NCBI GenBank assembly: GCA_965202585.1
Contig: OZ241833.1
Location: forward strand, 24,800,001 to 24,864,000
From: Thalia democratica
Lineage: Eukaryota
DNA: 64,000 nt
Direction of reading: 5' to 3'
In this document: positions 48,965 through 62,127 of the stretch, piece by piece
Layout of the letters: each line of letters starts with the position of its first letter
Position numbering within the stretch: the stretch's first letter is position 1
Translations under genes and position numbers: made by a program
Notes under the pieces: generated by a model
Databases searched by the model: none
What the model saw: the letters and a program-made list of their open reading frames with translations, nothing else
What the model was told of the DNA's origin: nothing

Positions 48965-51225
48965 GAAATATCTCATATATCAATATATTATAAGATGTAT
49001 TAGCTACTAGGGACTTAAAATTATTTTCGAAAGTGTAATATAATAGTAAACTCTATAAGAAAAACTAAAATTTAAACTTTGCTAAGGTTTAAGTTGTTGT
49101 TTTAATATTTTCATTGTATGCAGTCAATAAAAAATAAACCAATCTGAAATAGCGATGATATTGTTATCTTTGTGTAAGCAGTTAAAAAAAAACTCAGTGG
49201 ATATTTTCAGTTTGGCCAAAATAATTTTTAGCATAAACTAAATATTGAAAAATTTCTATTGTGCAACTAAAAACAGATTAAACTTACTATATAGTAATTA
49301 TTTTACATATTATTTTTTTGGACACTTTTGAAGATTATTACAAAAAAAAGGAGTAATTTTAAATTATTTAATATTTACGTTAATAGAAACTCATTTGGAG
49401 TTCACTTCAATAAAAACACGGAAATGCATATATTTAAACAGAAAACGAAGAGGATTGGAAAATTAGTCGAATATTACCATTTGATACAAAATTTAGCTTG
49501 AAGGTACAAATGTTTTGATATTTAGAGAAAAATATTATCTAACTTAACCAATGATATCGACATTTGCAAACAAATTTCACCATCGTAGTAAAAATGTTTG
49601 ACATTTTACTGAGCTCAAAACCTTCCTTTTAGAAACAAAAATTATGTGGGCGAGCTAGTTTCAGAAGAAAAAAAAAAGAAATCCAGAAAAGAAATTCACA
49701 GTCCTTGAAAGGTTTCGTGTGACACAAGTAATAAATACAAAATCAAAATGACACTTTTTTGTAGCGATGCATGGCACTTCCTTCTTACAAACCATCAAAC
49801 ATTTAAATTGAAACTTTGCGCGTTGGGTTCTTACCTGTTAAAAAGTGTTAAATTTAAAATTTGGTTTTATTTTTTAAACTTTGAAATTTTCTTTAAAATT
49901 AGTTAAAAGCTTTTGTTTTTTATATATTCCGCGTTGAACTTTTAAAATAGATAAAAACTAATTTACAATAACAAAAAAAAAACTAGTAAGTTAACACATT
50001 TCAAGTCAGGTTCTTACCACATAGAACTATCAAGATATAACTTTACAAGCGAACAAACCACTATACAACGGCGTGGCACATTGGGCAGTTTTCTCTGACG
50101 AGCAGCCACTTTTTGAGGCAAATGGAGTGGTACACGTGATTGCAGTTCGTCTGGCGAACCTCCCCTAACGCTGTGAGTGAAAAATAATAATATAAATAAC
50201 AAATTGTTTAAATATATCTAAAGTACAATTTGTTGTTATTAAAAGTAACGTTATAAGTTTTACAACATATATACAAAAGCTGATGGCTAGGTACATAGAA
50301 AAATATTCAAAGAAAAAGTTTGCTGCAAGAGAAAAGCAATGCATTGAAAACAGCGGACATAATGTTTATAACCATTTTAATTTTGAACATTCTTGTTATT
50401 GTTTAAAAAAAAGGTAGCGTTTAGACATGAAATGTTTTAAAAAAATTGTAAGCTAGGTTTGAAGTAGAAAGTTAAATGTAAGCAATTATTCAATAAAATA
50501 TTCCAGATTATCAATACTTTATTATAAATAATATACAAAACGTTGTTATCTTTGTGTAACTATATTTGTAAAACAAAATTTCTAATGAAAACTAACTACC
50601 TAATAAAACATTTCTTAACAATTTAGTTAAATTAACTTTATAAACTAAGTTATAAAAATAGCTTTTGTCATAGAAAGTGTTTTAATACTGGGTAAAATAA
50701 CAAAATAGAAAACTAATTTAAAATAAGAATCTTACTTTAAACATTAAAAAACGTATGTGGTAATTATGAATCTAAAAACTCTTAGCAGGACTAACAATAC
50801 CAAATTATAAGAGCTACGCAAAAAAACGCTCTAAGCTTCTGTGAAAACAAACTCATAAGTTTTTCGGATTTTTCAAAGATTTATACCATAAATAACTTAG
50901 TTTCATTTCATGAGCTTAAGTGTAAAAAAAAACTTTAAATTTCAAGAAAAATAAATTACTTAAATGTTATAGTGTTCCGTATACTATAACTAAACTAATC
51001 TATAAAGTAACTTTTAACGCACATATTTTCAAAACAAATTATATTTGATACTCAAAGATGGGTTTTCTATTGCATAAGACCCATATATTATATATCATAA
51101 GATGTATTAGCTATTAGGAACAATTTTTTATTGAACGTGTAAAACCATAGAAAACTCTCTCACAAAAAGAAAACTTTAAGTTATACAAAGGATTTTAAGT
51201 GTGAATCTAGTATTTTCAATGTAAT
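48965..51225 (+). repeat. Old ~160-bp direct repeats (48965-49125 and 51075-51225) bracketing the RNF139-like last exon
   Basis: Shared core ATAAGATGTATTAGCTA and colinear flanks. Confidence 0.45.
50061..50170 (-). CDS. RNF139: RNF139/145-like terminal exon (RING end, stop)
   Basis: ctcacag acceptor; phase 1; encodes LGEVRQTNCNHVYHSICLKKWLLVRENCPMCHAVV*. The ORF track shows a different, wrong frame. Confidence 0.9.
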
Positions 51226-54200
51226 ATTTTTCAATTACTTTTTACTAATACAAGCTATTTTACTTTCCAATAGAGATTGACACTTACTCGTGTTGATTAG
51301 GCATACTATGAAAATGTTGCGCAAAAAATCTATTTTTTATGTGAGTACAACAATCTAATGCTTAATAGTAAGATCAATATATATAAGCTTTTAAAGTACT
51401 TAAATTATCTAACATTACAAAAGTGTTAAAAATATGCGTTTAAGACTTCATTAAAGTTTAAAAAGTTTTAATAAAGAAAACTTGTGTAAAATAACTTGAT
51501 TTTATAAATGTTTAGCTAAAAGAAAAATAGGGATGAAAGCGTTGTTTTAAACTAAAAATCAGGAAATTTCATCGATGAGTTTGTTAAATCTAGGTCTAAA
51601 AACAAGCTAGAATGTGAAAACATGTTTTCTAAAGATATTAGTATTTTATTTAACAACTTTATCAAATATTTAAGGCCTAAAATTTAATATTTTTTATTTT
51701 AAAAATATTTCAACAAAGTGAAAGATAATTAAGAGTAGTCTAAATAAATAGAAGTAATTACATAAAAAATGGATTTGTTAAAAAAAGATGTCCATTACAT
51801 GTTACACTATAATTTACTTAATTAAGCACATGCGGAATTGGACTAATTAAACAATTTCTAACAAAATTATCTTAATTTAAAAATTAAACTTCCGTGTTGC
51901 ATAACAAAATGTGCTAATTAGTACTAATAAACAGTATTCTAGTATAAAAGAGGGCTGAAATTCATCAGACTGGCATAATGTGAAAATCAAAGTTGAGATA
52001 ACTGAAACAGTTTTTAGACAATTTTCTGAAACGAAAACTAAACTGTTTTGAGGTTCTTCCATAAAAAATTATTTTGTAAGCACCTCACGGCAGCTATGTT
52101 TTTGTTTCAATACTCTACTTTGTTTTGTTGGAGTTTTATATATACTTCGTGTGAAGATTTTTTTTACTATTTTTAGTGGAATTTTGTTTTATTAGTGCGA
52201 AATAACAGGCTAAAGTGATCACTTAGGTTGTTCTGGATTTAAAAACAATTTGAACTTGAAGTTTTTAATCCAGACCCACCTAAGAGTTTAATTTGGCTAC
52301 AAACGCATTTAGAAAGAACGGATATATTTTATTTTTCAGTAAGCTATTTAATAAAACTGTGAATTAAATAAACTTGTGAATTTACATGACTAGAAAGTTT
52401 ATCAGCATGTTTTTCGTTTTAAAAACTTCATTTTTATTCAACCGACTTCTTTGCTGTTTAAAACCAGACATCAAAACTTTGCATGGGCTATAAAATAACT
52501 AATTCCTGACCAGTAATAATTGACGATAAAAATGTTATAAACGATAAGTATAACTTTTTTTAATTTGATAAGTAATGTAACTTTATGGATATTATATAAT
52601 CTAATACTTAATGGATAACATTGAATTAATTTCATTAAGTCTATGAAAGTGTAGTTTGTTTTTTCATGCGAAAGTAAAGTGTCAGCGAAGCTAAAGTGAT
52701 CACTTAGGTTGTTCTGGATTTAAAAACAATTTGAACTTAAAAGTTTTTAATCCAGACCCACTTAAGAGTTTAATTTCGCTACAAACTCATTCAGTAAAAA
52801 TAGACATATTAAAGGTATATTAGAATGAAAGCATTAATTTTTAAGTAAACTGTGTAGTCAACTATAAAGTTTAGTAATTTTTCTCTTCAAAGGCTAAATT
52901 TTGTCTACTAATAATTGACGATAAAGATATTAGAAAAAATTAATAAAACTTAGTGACTTATAAGTTATGTAATTTTATAGATATCTCGAAAATCCTTGTA
53001 TACCAGTTTGGTGTACTAAAAAATTAAAAAAAAAACACTATGTGTTTATAATGAGTTTTACTAAATTTTTAAAGATATAACCTTAAACATACTAACAGCC
53101 CAAGTGCAAAAAAAACTTGAAGTATAAAACACCACAAGTAGACCAAATTCAACTACTTGCATGACAAAGTTTTATTTTATATTTTATCAAAAATATAAAA
53201 ATGAATGGATGTGATTGGAGTTTTTATAAGTTTGCAGGAAAAATAGCATTTTTTTTTAAACTGTTTTTCAAAATAAAATGTTATAAGTTTTGAATTTATC
53301 AGTCAGTACTATATCTTTAAACAGTATTTTTGTGTAAAAAAAAAAGAGAAGCTTATTGATATTTTAAAATATTAAAGTTTATCTTACTGCTAGCTCAAAT
53401 AGTAAAGCCTATTTTAAATAACTGTTGAAAATATCGATTTAATGTATATAGTTTACATGTATAAATTTAAAACAAACATGTCTTGTTGAAAAAAACTAAA
53501 AATCATTTAGCTTAAATACTTAGTTTTATTATAAAAGACTTTTGTACTATTGGTTTTAGGTGTAACATAAAAAGCAGTTCTATTAAAATTTTAAGAATTT
53601 AATTACAGCAGAAAATCTCTAATTAATTAGTAAAACATTCTTTATAACAGAATTATTTGATATCAATATTTATAATAATATTTATTTATATATTATTTAT
53701 AATAATATTTGATAATAAACGTAGATTTAAACATTTATGTAGAAAATATAGAAACCTGGTAGACTACTTTAGTTTTGTTTAACTTTATGGTGTTAAGTGA
53801 ATGTTTAATGGTAATATCAACTCAAGTATAAGATAAAAATTGGTTATAATTTACAACTTATTTATTTTTAGCTTCAATAAACGTTATTTGTTACTTAACT
53901 AGTCTTTTTTATATACACTTGATGTAACTGTAATAAAGGGGACACGTTTAAAATCCACCCAGTCAAAATCGAGAACCGCTTACCGATCGAGGGTAACAGT
54001 GATAGTGAATAATAAATAAATAAAAAATTTAAAAAAATGCAAAAAATATATAAAATAAATTAATAAATAAAGAAAAAAAAGGTGGATTTTGAACGCGGGT
54101 GGATTTTGATAATATAATATTAAAAAGTAACACATAAAAACTATTTGTAAAACATTCGTTTAAGGTGAAAAACTTTAATCTTGTTGTTATCTTATTTTGT

Positions 54201-57200
54201 TGGTTTCTAATAAAATAGCACCTTTTTTCACAAAACGAGCCTTATCAGATTTGAAACGTTAAGTTTATTTACAAATAAACCTATACATGCTTACTAGCAC
54301 CTATTTTGACTCTTGAGATTAAAACATTAGGTTTAAACGGATATTAACAAACTTTTATTTACAAATTAAAAAAAGAATATTTAGGATGAGCAAATAGAGG
54401 TCTACCTTGTCTTTAACAATCTGACCTTATTTTGTAGATTTTTTCAATTATTTCGTACCAGGTTTAGCATACAAATTTTAGTGGTTTCAAAGATATAATA
54501 AGTCCAAATCAAAGAATTCAATATTAAATTTGTATTTACTAACTAACAAGGCGCAAAGAGACAATGTACTTTATGTAAACATATCTCCGCTTACAACATT
54601 TATTTATTATCTTCAGTTATCTGTTTGTTCTTAAACAACTCTGTAACTGTCTGAAAGTTATACAACTTAAACTTTTCAAAAGTTTAACATTCAATTTATA
54701 AGTGTTAAGATAAAACAAATGGTTTAAAATCCTTAGTTTTTTAGAAGTATTTGATATTTGAGACGCTATGAAAATCATTTTAGAAGTTTAGGAACTATTG
54801 TTCTAAAAACTAACTACAATGGACAAAAAAAAACTCAAAGTAAATAATATTTTAGACTTGTTAAATTTAAGAAATAGTTGTGGAAAATATTTAGTTCAAA
54901 CAAACTCATTACAAGTTTACTTGTTAGATGGTAATTGGTTACATTTAATTTTTATTATTTTAGTTGTTTACTTTAGGCTGTTCTGTAGTAAAACCAATGA
55001 TCAAACTTTTAAGTAAAACAAATATTTACTTGTTTACAAATATTCTTTCTAAACTCCATTGCAATAATGCAGTGATTTTTGAAACACTACAGACTCTTAT
55101 AAGTTTTTTAATATTAAGTTGTTCCAGTAAGAAACATAAAAATTAGATGTTAAGGGGTTACAGAAGTCAACTTTTATTTATACAAAAATTAACATTAGCC
55201 CTTATTTGTAAGTTAACGTATACTAAACAGTACAATATACTTTTTATACAACAAAAAAAAAATTATATACAAAATCAGTTTTGTTAAACTTTCAGATAGA
55301 ATCGAATGAGATATAAGTTTTTTAAAGCCGATTTTATCTCAGAATTTAAAAAAAAACTTCCTAAAAATCTATCTCCATTTTAAAGGCAATTTACTTTAAA
55401 TTTTTATAAAATGTTTTCTCAATACGACAACCGGTTTGTACAAAGCAGAATTTAAGAAAAAAACTTTTTTTTTGTTTAGTTTAAATCAAAAACTTTAGTC
55501 GGAAGTTTAATAATCTGTTTCCTAAAAATTATTAATAAATCGTTAAAATTATACTGAAAAAGTTTTTAAAAACTAGAGGATTATTTTTAAACTTTAAAAA
55601 ACAATTGGTAGCTTAAACTTTTTAAATAACTGGTGGTATTATATATATATGATTGAAAAAATTAGTTGATTAAATTAGTTTAGTAGAAATTTATTTCTAA
55701 GTTATTGATTCATGAGTCTGTTTGTAAATCAAGGTTTCACTTAATTAATAGATAATGTTGAGATGATCCTTAGTTATAATAAATATGTAATTCAAATACA
55801 TTTTGTAATTTTCTCCTTGGGTGCAAGTTAAAATACTTTGTTGTTACTCTTGAGCTAAACAAAAAGTACAGAATTTTATTTCTCTAAACATTGTATACAA
55901 TTTAAAAGAAGAAGCTTTCAAAACTAATCTAATTGGGGATTTTTTTTCGGTTAATAACAATAGACATTTATCATTCCAAAGCAACAACAAAAAGTGGTAG
56001 AGCTTTAGACAATTTACTGATTAGCAAAATAAACAAGAAAAACAGTTCAACTTTTTACATACAAAACGGTAAAGTAAATTAGGATAATGTTTATTGTCCT
56101 TAGTAGCTAAAGTGGCAGCAAAATTAAGGTCTAACAATACGTTGAAGTAAAACAGTTGAAATGTGTAATTCAGTACACTTAGTAAGTTTTTAAAAACATA
56201 AGTACCAATATACCAACAGTTGACAGCGTATACAATTCAGATGCAGATATTTTTTTTTGTAAAATTACACTTATTAAGTTATGTTTATCTTTTAACTAGT
56301 TTATATTTTAGCTTAAACAAAACAGTTTTGTTGATATTTTTATGAATTTAGTCTTCAATTAAATAAAATAACTCGACGAATACAAATTGATAACACTTTA
56401 TCTAATACCCTAAAATTTAAAGAGATTACGTAAAGAGGGAGTTATTAGTAAACATTCATATATGATCGTTGTAAGTGATATTATCACAGAAATCAATATT
56501 CGCAGCAATAAAAATCTATTTGCAAATGGTACAAAAACGTTTGGTCAATCTAACAAAACCTTACAGTTATCTTTAGATAAAATTATTAGAGGCTATAAAA
56601 AAGCTTAAGCTTAATCCTAATAAATACTATTTTATTAATTTTCATGAAAGCAAACATTATTCTACTGATTTTTAAATAACTGCAATAAAATACTTTAAAT
56701 TTAATTATTTAAAGATTTTTGAAACTATGCATATATCTTAAAATACTTAACAGAATACCATATTAAGGCCATAGGAGGGGAAGCCATGTTTTTTACAAGT
56801 TGATCTTATTTGATAGAGTGTTTACTAAGCTTCAAGTTGCTTTTTACCGCTTTAAAAGAATCGAATTATTGTTTGAGCTATGACAGGTCAAAGTCGGGCC
56901 GCATAATAGGTTCCCTATGGGAAGGGAAAACTAAAACAACAAAAAAAGACTTTACATTTAAAATCTATCACCTCCTACATTTTTTAAGCAATCTTCTTTA
57001 AACTTTCACAGTCTAATTTTTATACAATAACAAAAAAAACGTTACTTTGGACTTTAAAAAACTTTAAGGAAAAAAAAAATTGTTTGAAAAAAAGACTTTT
57101 CTTTTAATTTTTGTGATATAATTTTTATTTTTTTAATTTATTAAAATTTATAAGTAACGCTTTTTTCTCATAATATAAAGAAAATTTCCTGAAAATTTGA

Positions 57201-59640
57201 AGATTGCTTGAAAAATCAAGGAAAAGATAGATTTTTAGTAAGTTTTTAAATTTTTGAGAAAATTGACCCAAAAAAATTTGCGGTCTATTCGTTTGTATCG
57301 GAAACTTTTTATAAAAAATAAAATATCTCAAAAGTTAAATGATATTTTTGAATTCTATAAAAACTGGCTTGTAGTTTGTACTTAAAGCCTTCATATAAAA
57401 GCCAAAGTTAACTTTTGTTAAAAAAAGTGTCTACTGCGAGAAATTAATTAAATTTAAGCTATAATACTTTGAGTAAAGACCATGTAATTTTGTTCAACTA
57501 CTCTTTTCAAGTAAGTAAATTGAGTAAATAACGTGCTATTTAATCATTTTTCTTACAGAAAAATAACTTACAAAGAGAAAACAATAAACAGTATATAAAA
57601 ACATTATTTTAATAATATTCATAATGCAACAATATGTTATATTAAACAAGGAGATTATGAAATAAGCTACCGAATGAAGCATCTTCGTATAACAACATAC
57701 TCTTGAAGTCTAAAAGTCGGATTAAACATAAAAGTGTTTTATTAAAAAATAGTAGTAAAACTGGTAACACAATTAAGTTATTGTACATTCAAACCTAATA
57801 TTTTTGTTAATTGTTTACTTTAAAATATAGTTTTTATTCAAAACTTTTTTCTTGAAAGTAACAAGCTCTTCTCAGCATTATGCCAATTATTTTCTTTTTT
57901 TATGTGCTTTGCGCTGTTATATTTTTTCAAACACTTTGTAAATACTTAAGAATAGTTAACCACTACAGAACTGTTCGACCAAAAATAATGAAAGTTTCAC
58001 CATTAGTATTCATATACGTTAATGAATAACTCATTTTATATAAAATTTACTGTTTACCAGTACAACATTAAAGTATATATAAATTTTTATAAGAAAATAT
58101 TTGCAAAATATAACTTTACTTGCTTAACACTTCTAAAATTTTTCTTTCCAATAGTGTTTTTGCTTTCAACGTATTTTGTCTGGCTGTTTTTTGTCAGGTT
58201 CAAATGCCAGTGTCGAAAACTTGTCAAAATATAAATTAGCCAATAACGACAAAAATGGACGAACCTGCGTCGAACTCTTGGAAGCAGATGCTGCAAACGT
58301 CGTCTGCGTACTCTTCTTCCAACTCGTCGCCCGTCACCAGCCTCAACCTCTCTATCCTCTGCTGCACCGTCCGTCTGCTCCTCATCACCTTGATGCCCTC
58401 CAGAGCGGCTCTGCGCGCATCAGTTTGATTGGTGAGCAAAACAGATAAATGCAAACTTTTTATTACACTCAGTGGTTCTAATGGTATAACAGCTATTGAA
58501 CACAAGCTAAATTAAAAAAATTAGTAGTATTGTTATGTAGATAAGTTTTTTTTTCTCGTTATAAATATACGAGCAATAAGTGGTGGTAGAACACAGTAAA
58601 AATAAATTACAAACAACTTAACAAAACTTCTACGCCGCTTATCAACAGCACGATGGAACAAAAGCTTCCATAAAAATCCTAGTTAAAAAAAAAACAAACA
58701 ATTAAAAGTATTCAAACTTGTATAAGTTGTGGTATGGAATAAAAGCTTAAATAAAATTTCAATATTCAAGCTTGTAGCTGCTGTGATATATAATAAAAGC
58801 TATAAAAAAATCTCAAAAACTAAAAACATTCAACATTCGAACTTGTAGATGGTGTGGTAAAAAACAAAAGCTTAAACAAAAATCTTAGTTGAAAAAAATC
58901 TCAAAAATCCAAACAAAAACATTCAACATTCGAACTTGTAGATGTTGTGGTAGGCGTGCAGGGCCATCATGATGGCGCGCAGCCAGTTGCCCGACTCGAA
59001 GAGGAAGACGTAGGCGCCGTTGACGAACATGACCACGCCGCACGCGAACTCCATGCAGTTGGCCGTGGACCGGATGCTGAAGTTGGCGTCGTCGCAGCTG
59101 AACCACGGCTGGTCCACCCTGGCGTCGATGGTGTGGACCACGTACAGGAGGAAGGTGCTGGTCGCCTGTTGGTCGAACTGGTCAAGTTGACGCGAGGAGG
59201 TTTTTGTTTTGAAAAGAAGGTTTGGTTTGATTTTTATGATTTTCAAATTTTTAGATGAACTTAGGTTGGTTTTGATATTAATTTAAATGTGTCAGTTTTC
59301 GAAAATGAATTATTATTTAAATTTAAAAATTCAATATACTTCAACTACAATAGAGTTATCACCAATCAAAACTATAAAAATATTCTATTAAATTAAAACA
59401 AACATATCTTTAAAAAACTTGTGAAAACAAAACTCTGCGTTTTGAGCGACCAATCAAACCTCACCAAACCTTTATGACGAGCTCGATGCAGAAAGCGACG
59501 AGGGCGATGATCCAGGTGAGCCACCCGTGGTCCGTGTCATCGGCGAACGTCAGCTTGTAGTAGCTGATGGCGATGGGGAAGATGAAGATGCTCAGCAGCA
59601 CCGCTAGCGGTTGAAAGTGCTTCTTCACTGGGATGTTCAC
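50061..59640 (-). CDS. RNF139: TRC8/RNF139-RNF145-like membrane RING-H2 E3 ligase, last four exons (5' part not found in window)
   Basis: join complement(50061..50170,58265..58410,58936..59165,59470..59640) with consistent phases. TM segments TWIIALVAFCIELVIK and IRSTANCMEFACGVVMFVNGAYVFLFESGNWLRAIMMALHAYHNIY match the TRC8 signature. The RING-H2 reads DDVCSICFQEF...CNHVYHSICLKKWLLVRENCPMCH. RNF139 and RNF145 cannot be distinguished here. Confidence 0.88.
52207..53000. repeat. Tandem duplication (period ~481 bp) containing a 63-nt hairpin
   Basis: GCTAAAGTGATCACTTAGGTTGTTCTGGATTTAAAAAC at 52209 and 52690; TAATAATTGACGATAAA in both units. Confidence 0.8.
53943..54107. mobile_element. Small MITE-like remnant
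   Basis: CACGTTTAAAATCCACCC is inverted against GGTGGATTTTGAACGCG, with a second GGTGGATTTT copy. Confidence 0.4.
58265..58410 (-). CDS. RNF139: RNF139/145-like exon (RING start)
   Basis: gcgcag acceptor, GTTCGT donor; encodes AALEGIKVMRSRRTVQQRIERL...DDVCSICFQEFDA. Confidence 0.88.
58700..58955 (-). repeat. Degenerate tandem copies of the exon/intron junction of the RNF139-like gene
   Basis: CCACA(A/C)CATCTACAAGTTCGAATGTTGAATG recurs about 4 times with progressive decay. Confidence 0.75.
58936..59165 (-). CDS. RNF139: RNF139/145-like exon (TM segments)
   Basis: Acceptor at 59166 chosen by alignment; an in-frame alternative lies 12 nt upstream. Donor AA|GTTCGA. Confidence 0.85.
59470..59640 (-). 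CDS. RNF139: RNF139/145-like exon (TM segments)
   Basis: tcgcag acceptor, GTTTGG donor; phase 0-0; encodes VNIPVKKHFQPLAVLLSIFIFPIAISYY...FCIELVIK. Confidence 0.88.
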
Positions 59641-61464
59641 CTGCGAAAATGTTTTGATGTTTTGTTTGTAAATAAATTTGTTCACAACTACTTGTTCTGT
59701 AAAGGTTTAAAATTAATATAAAATAAACTGTAAAATTTTGTTCGTTGCGTTTTTGAAGCAGAAGCCCTTTTGACTTCTGTTTACAAATACTTAACAGATT
59801 TAAAACATACTAACTTCTTTTCAAACCCAAAAGTGTTTTTCTTTTTGGAAATATAATTCATCTATTTTAAATATAACTAACATTATTAAAAATGCAACTA
59901 TATTAAGTACAATTTTGTGGAAAGAAATTTTAGAGTATGACAAGCTGTGATAATAATATTTTATCTAAATATTTTCAAACACAAGTTCAAAACTTTCTAT
60001 GCCTAGAAAACATATGTTTCTGACCACCTACATAAATTTAAAGTATAGTCATTACAAAATAGTAATGACGAAACCAAACAAATTATTCATAACAAATTTT
60101 AAAAATATAAGAGGTTAATGAAATTTGTTTAAAATTCTTCATGAAAAGCATAAACATGATCAAATCAAATTGTAGTAAGTTGACCTTATAAACATTTATA
60201 GCTTGTCTAAATTTGGTTGCTAGCAAAACTTAAGAACTATTAACTCACTATCGAGTTTTAGATAAGTTTAACCTTTTATTTTCACCTCTTATTCTTACAT
60301 AACTATCGTAAAAAATTGCTGGTGTGTCCTATTTTATCGAACTAAGCAAATTTATCAACACAAATAGATAGCTAAACTTACTTGCTTATTTGATAGCTTT
60401 TAGGTTTACACTCACAAATTTTATACCTCATTATCAAAATATATTCTTTTGCTAGACTAAAACTTATTAAAGTCAAGAGAAACGCTTAGCAGCTCGTAAT
60501 AATTTCAAATTGCTTATTTGAGCAGCAGTGGCATAACGACCACAAAATACTTCTGCTAAATACGAATTAAATATACCACTAGATTATTTTTTAAAAATAC
60601 ATTCATTAGTATTAATTTAGCTCTGGTATTCCTGCCACGAATACATTTATATTTTATAACCAACTATATCTTCAGTTCTCCAACTTTAATATTAAACTAA
60701 CATTGTTGAAAGCAAAAGACAAGTTAGATTTATAGTTTTTTTATTTTAATTATTGTTTTAATAATAATTTTTTATTGCCATAGAAAACTTTAATATAATA
60801 AACGTACAACAATTAACATAACAGTTCAAGTTACAATAGTTTGCGCTAATCATTTTAATTGTAGAAAAAAATTTTACTGGCAACATCGAGTTGTTTAAAG
60901 CTATTTAGTTTACGCATTCAATTCTAAACAAGCAAAGTTAGTTTAGCATACTGCCTTTAACAAATAAATCCAAAAAAATAACTATTATGGTTAATATAAC
61001 TTGATGGATTATATTTATGTTTGTTATATTTATGTTCATCACAGAATTCATATACCCTCAGGAAATAAACTTATAAAGCATGAATTATATATCAGAATAA
61101 TCAACTGCTATCAGCATTTATAACTAAATAAAACAATAAACAAATAAATCGTTATTTAAAATTAAAATTTATTAACTAACTGTAACACATCGAGACAACA
61201 ACAAACTTATATAATTCATTTTTAAATTTATACTAGATCGATTGCACGGTATACATATTAAACAACTTTTACAAAATATAATTGACAACTAAAATGATTA
61301 AATTAATGAATTATTTACGGACCAATTTGTAGTCTAGTCTTTAAAACTTATAAAAATACTGGAAGTCAGGATGCACGTAATAATCAGTAAAGGAAAAAAA
61401 CATGACAACTTGACACTAACAACACTCGTTCAAAAAGAGCTAAGATAAAAGGAATACTGTTATT

Positions 61465-62127
61465 TCAGCAAGCAACTCGAGCATCCATCGGTGAACAAAT
61501 GGCGCAGTGCGATTCCGCTTCTTTGAAGCAAGACGGAAAAATTCGTCGGACGATGTTGCCGACAGGCCCACGCCGAGACTCCCTCGATTTTTCGTGCAGA
61601 AACGACTTCTTCTTTCGATTGACTTTTTCCGATCCGCGGTCGGGCCTGATGTTGGACCCGTGGCTGTCGACGTCCATGAAGCCAGTCCTCCTGCGCTCAG
61701 GTGTCCTGGAAGATTCCGCCTTGGAGTAAGGACGAGGCTGGGCTGCTGCTGCAGCCGACCGTTGAGACCTTTTATGCATGTTCCTGCGGTATTTCAGGGA
61801 CTTTTTGATCCGGCGCGTCTGAGCCAACGACCGCTTGTACCGCTGCTCGAGCTCTTCCAAAGTTTCGATGCGGTACGCCTGACGAGCGTGCAACAGACCA
61901 GCGCGGTGTCTACTTGATGAACTTGGGTTGTTGACTTTCACGCTAGGTAACTCCCGTGAGCTTTCAATGTTATCACCAAGACTTCTAGGCATCACATACG
62001 AGTCTCTGGGAATCGAAGTTTTGTTTGTCGATGGCTTCTTTGCTTTGTCCGAGTTCAAACTTTTCCCACCGTCAGGTTCGACCACAGTTATTGTTTCCAT
62101 TATACCGGTTTTATCTACAAACATTGC
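61465..62127 (-). CDS. Orphan terminal coding exon, basic/low-complexity, 220 aa
   Basis: Strong acceptor (tttcaaacttcag) 3 nt before an ATG; 663-nt open frame that is GC-richer than its flanks; no recognised domain. Confidence 0.6.
   Translation of the reverse strand, partial: AMFVDKTGIMETITVVEPDGGKSLNSDKAKKPSTNKTSIPRDSYVMPRSLGDNIESSRELPSVKVNNPSSSSRHRAGLLHARQAYRIETLEELEQRYKRSLAQTRRIKKSLKYRRNMHKRSQRSAAAAAQPRPYSKAESSRTPERRRTGFMDVDSHGSNIRPDRGSEKVNRKKKSFLHEKSRESRRGPVGNIVRRIFPSCFKEAESHCAICSPMDARVAC

Noticed and set aside
50014-50202. 62-aa ORF in the track
   Set aside because: Wrong frame; the true frame is the RING-H2 terminal exon 50061-50170.
58885-59258. ORFs 58885..59106, 58947..59258 and 58967..59185; also 61499..61729, 61507..61917 and 61928..62131
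   Set aside because: Shadows of GC-rich coding exons in other frames or on the other strand.
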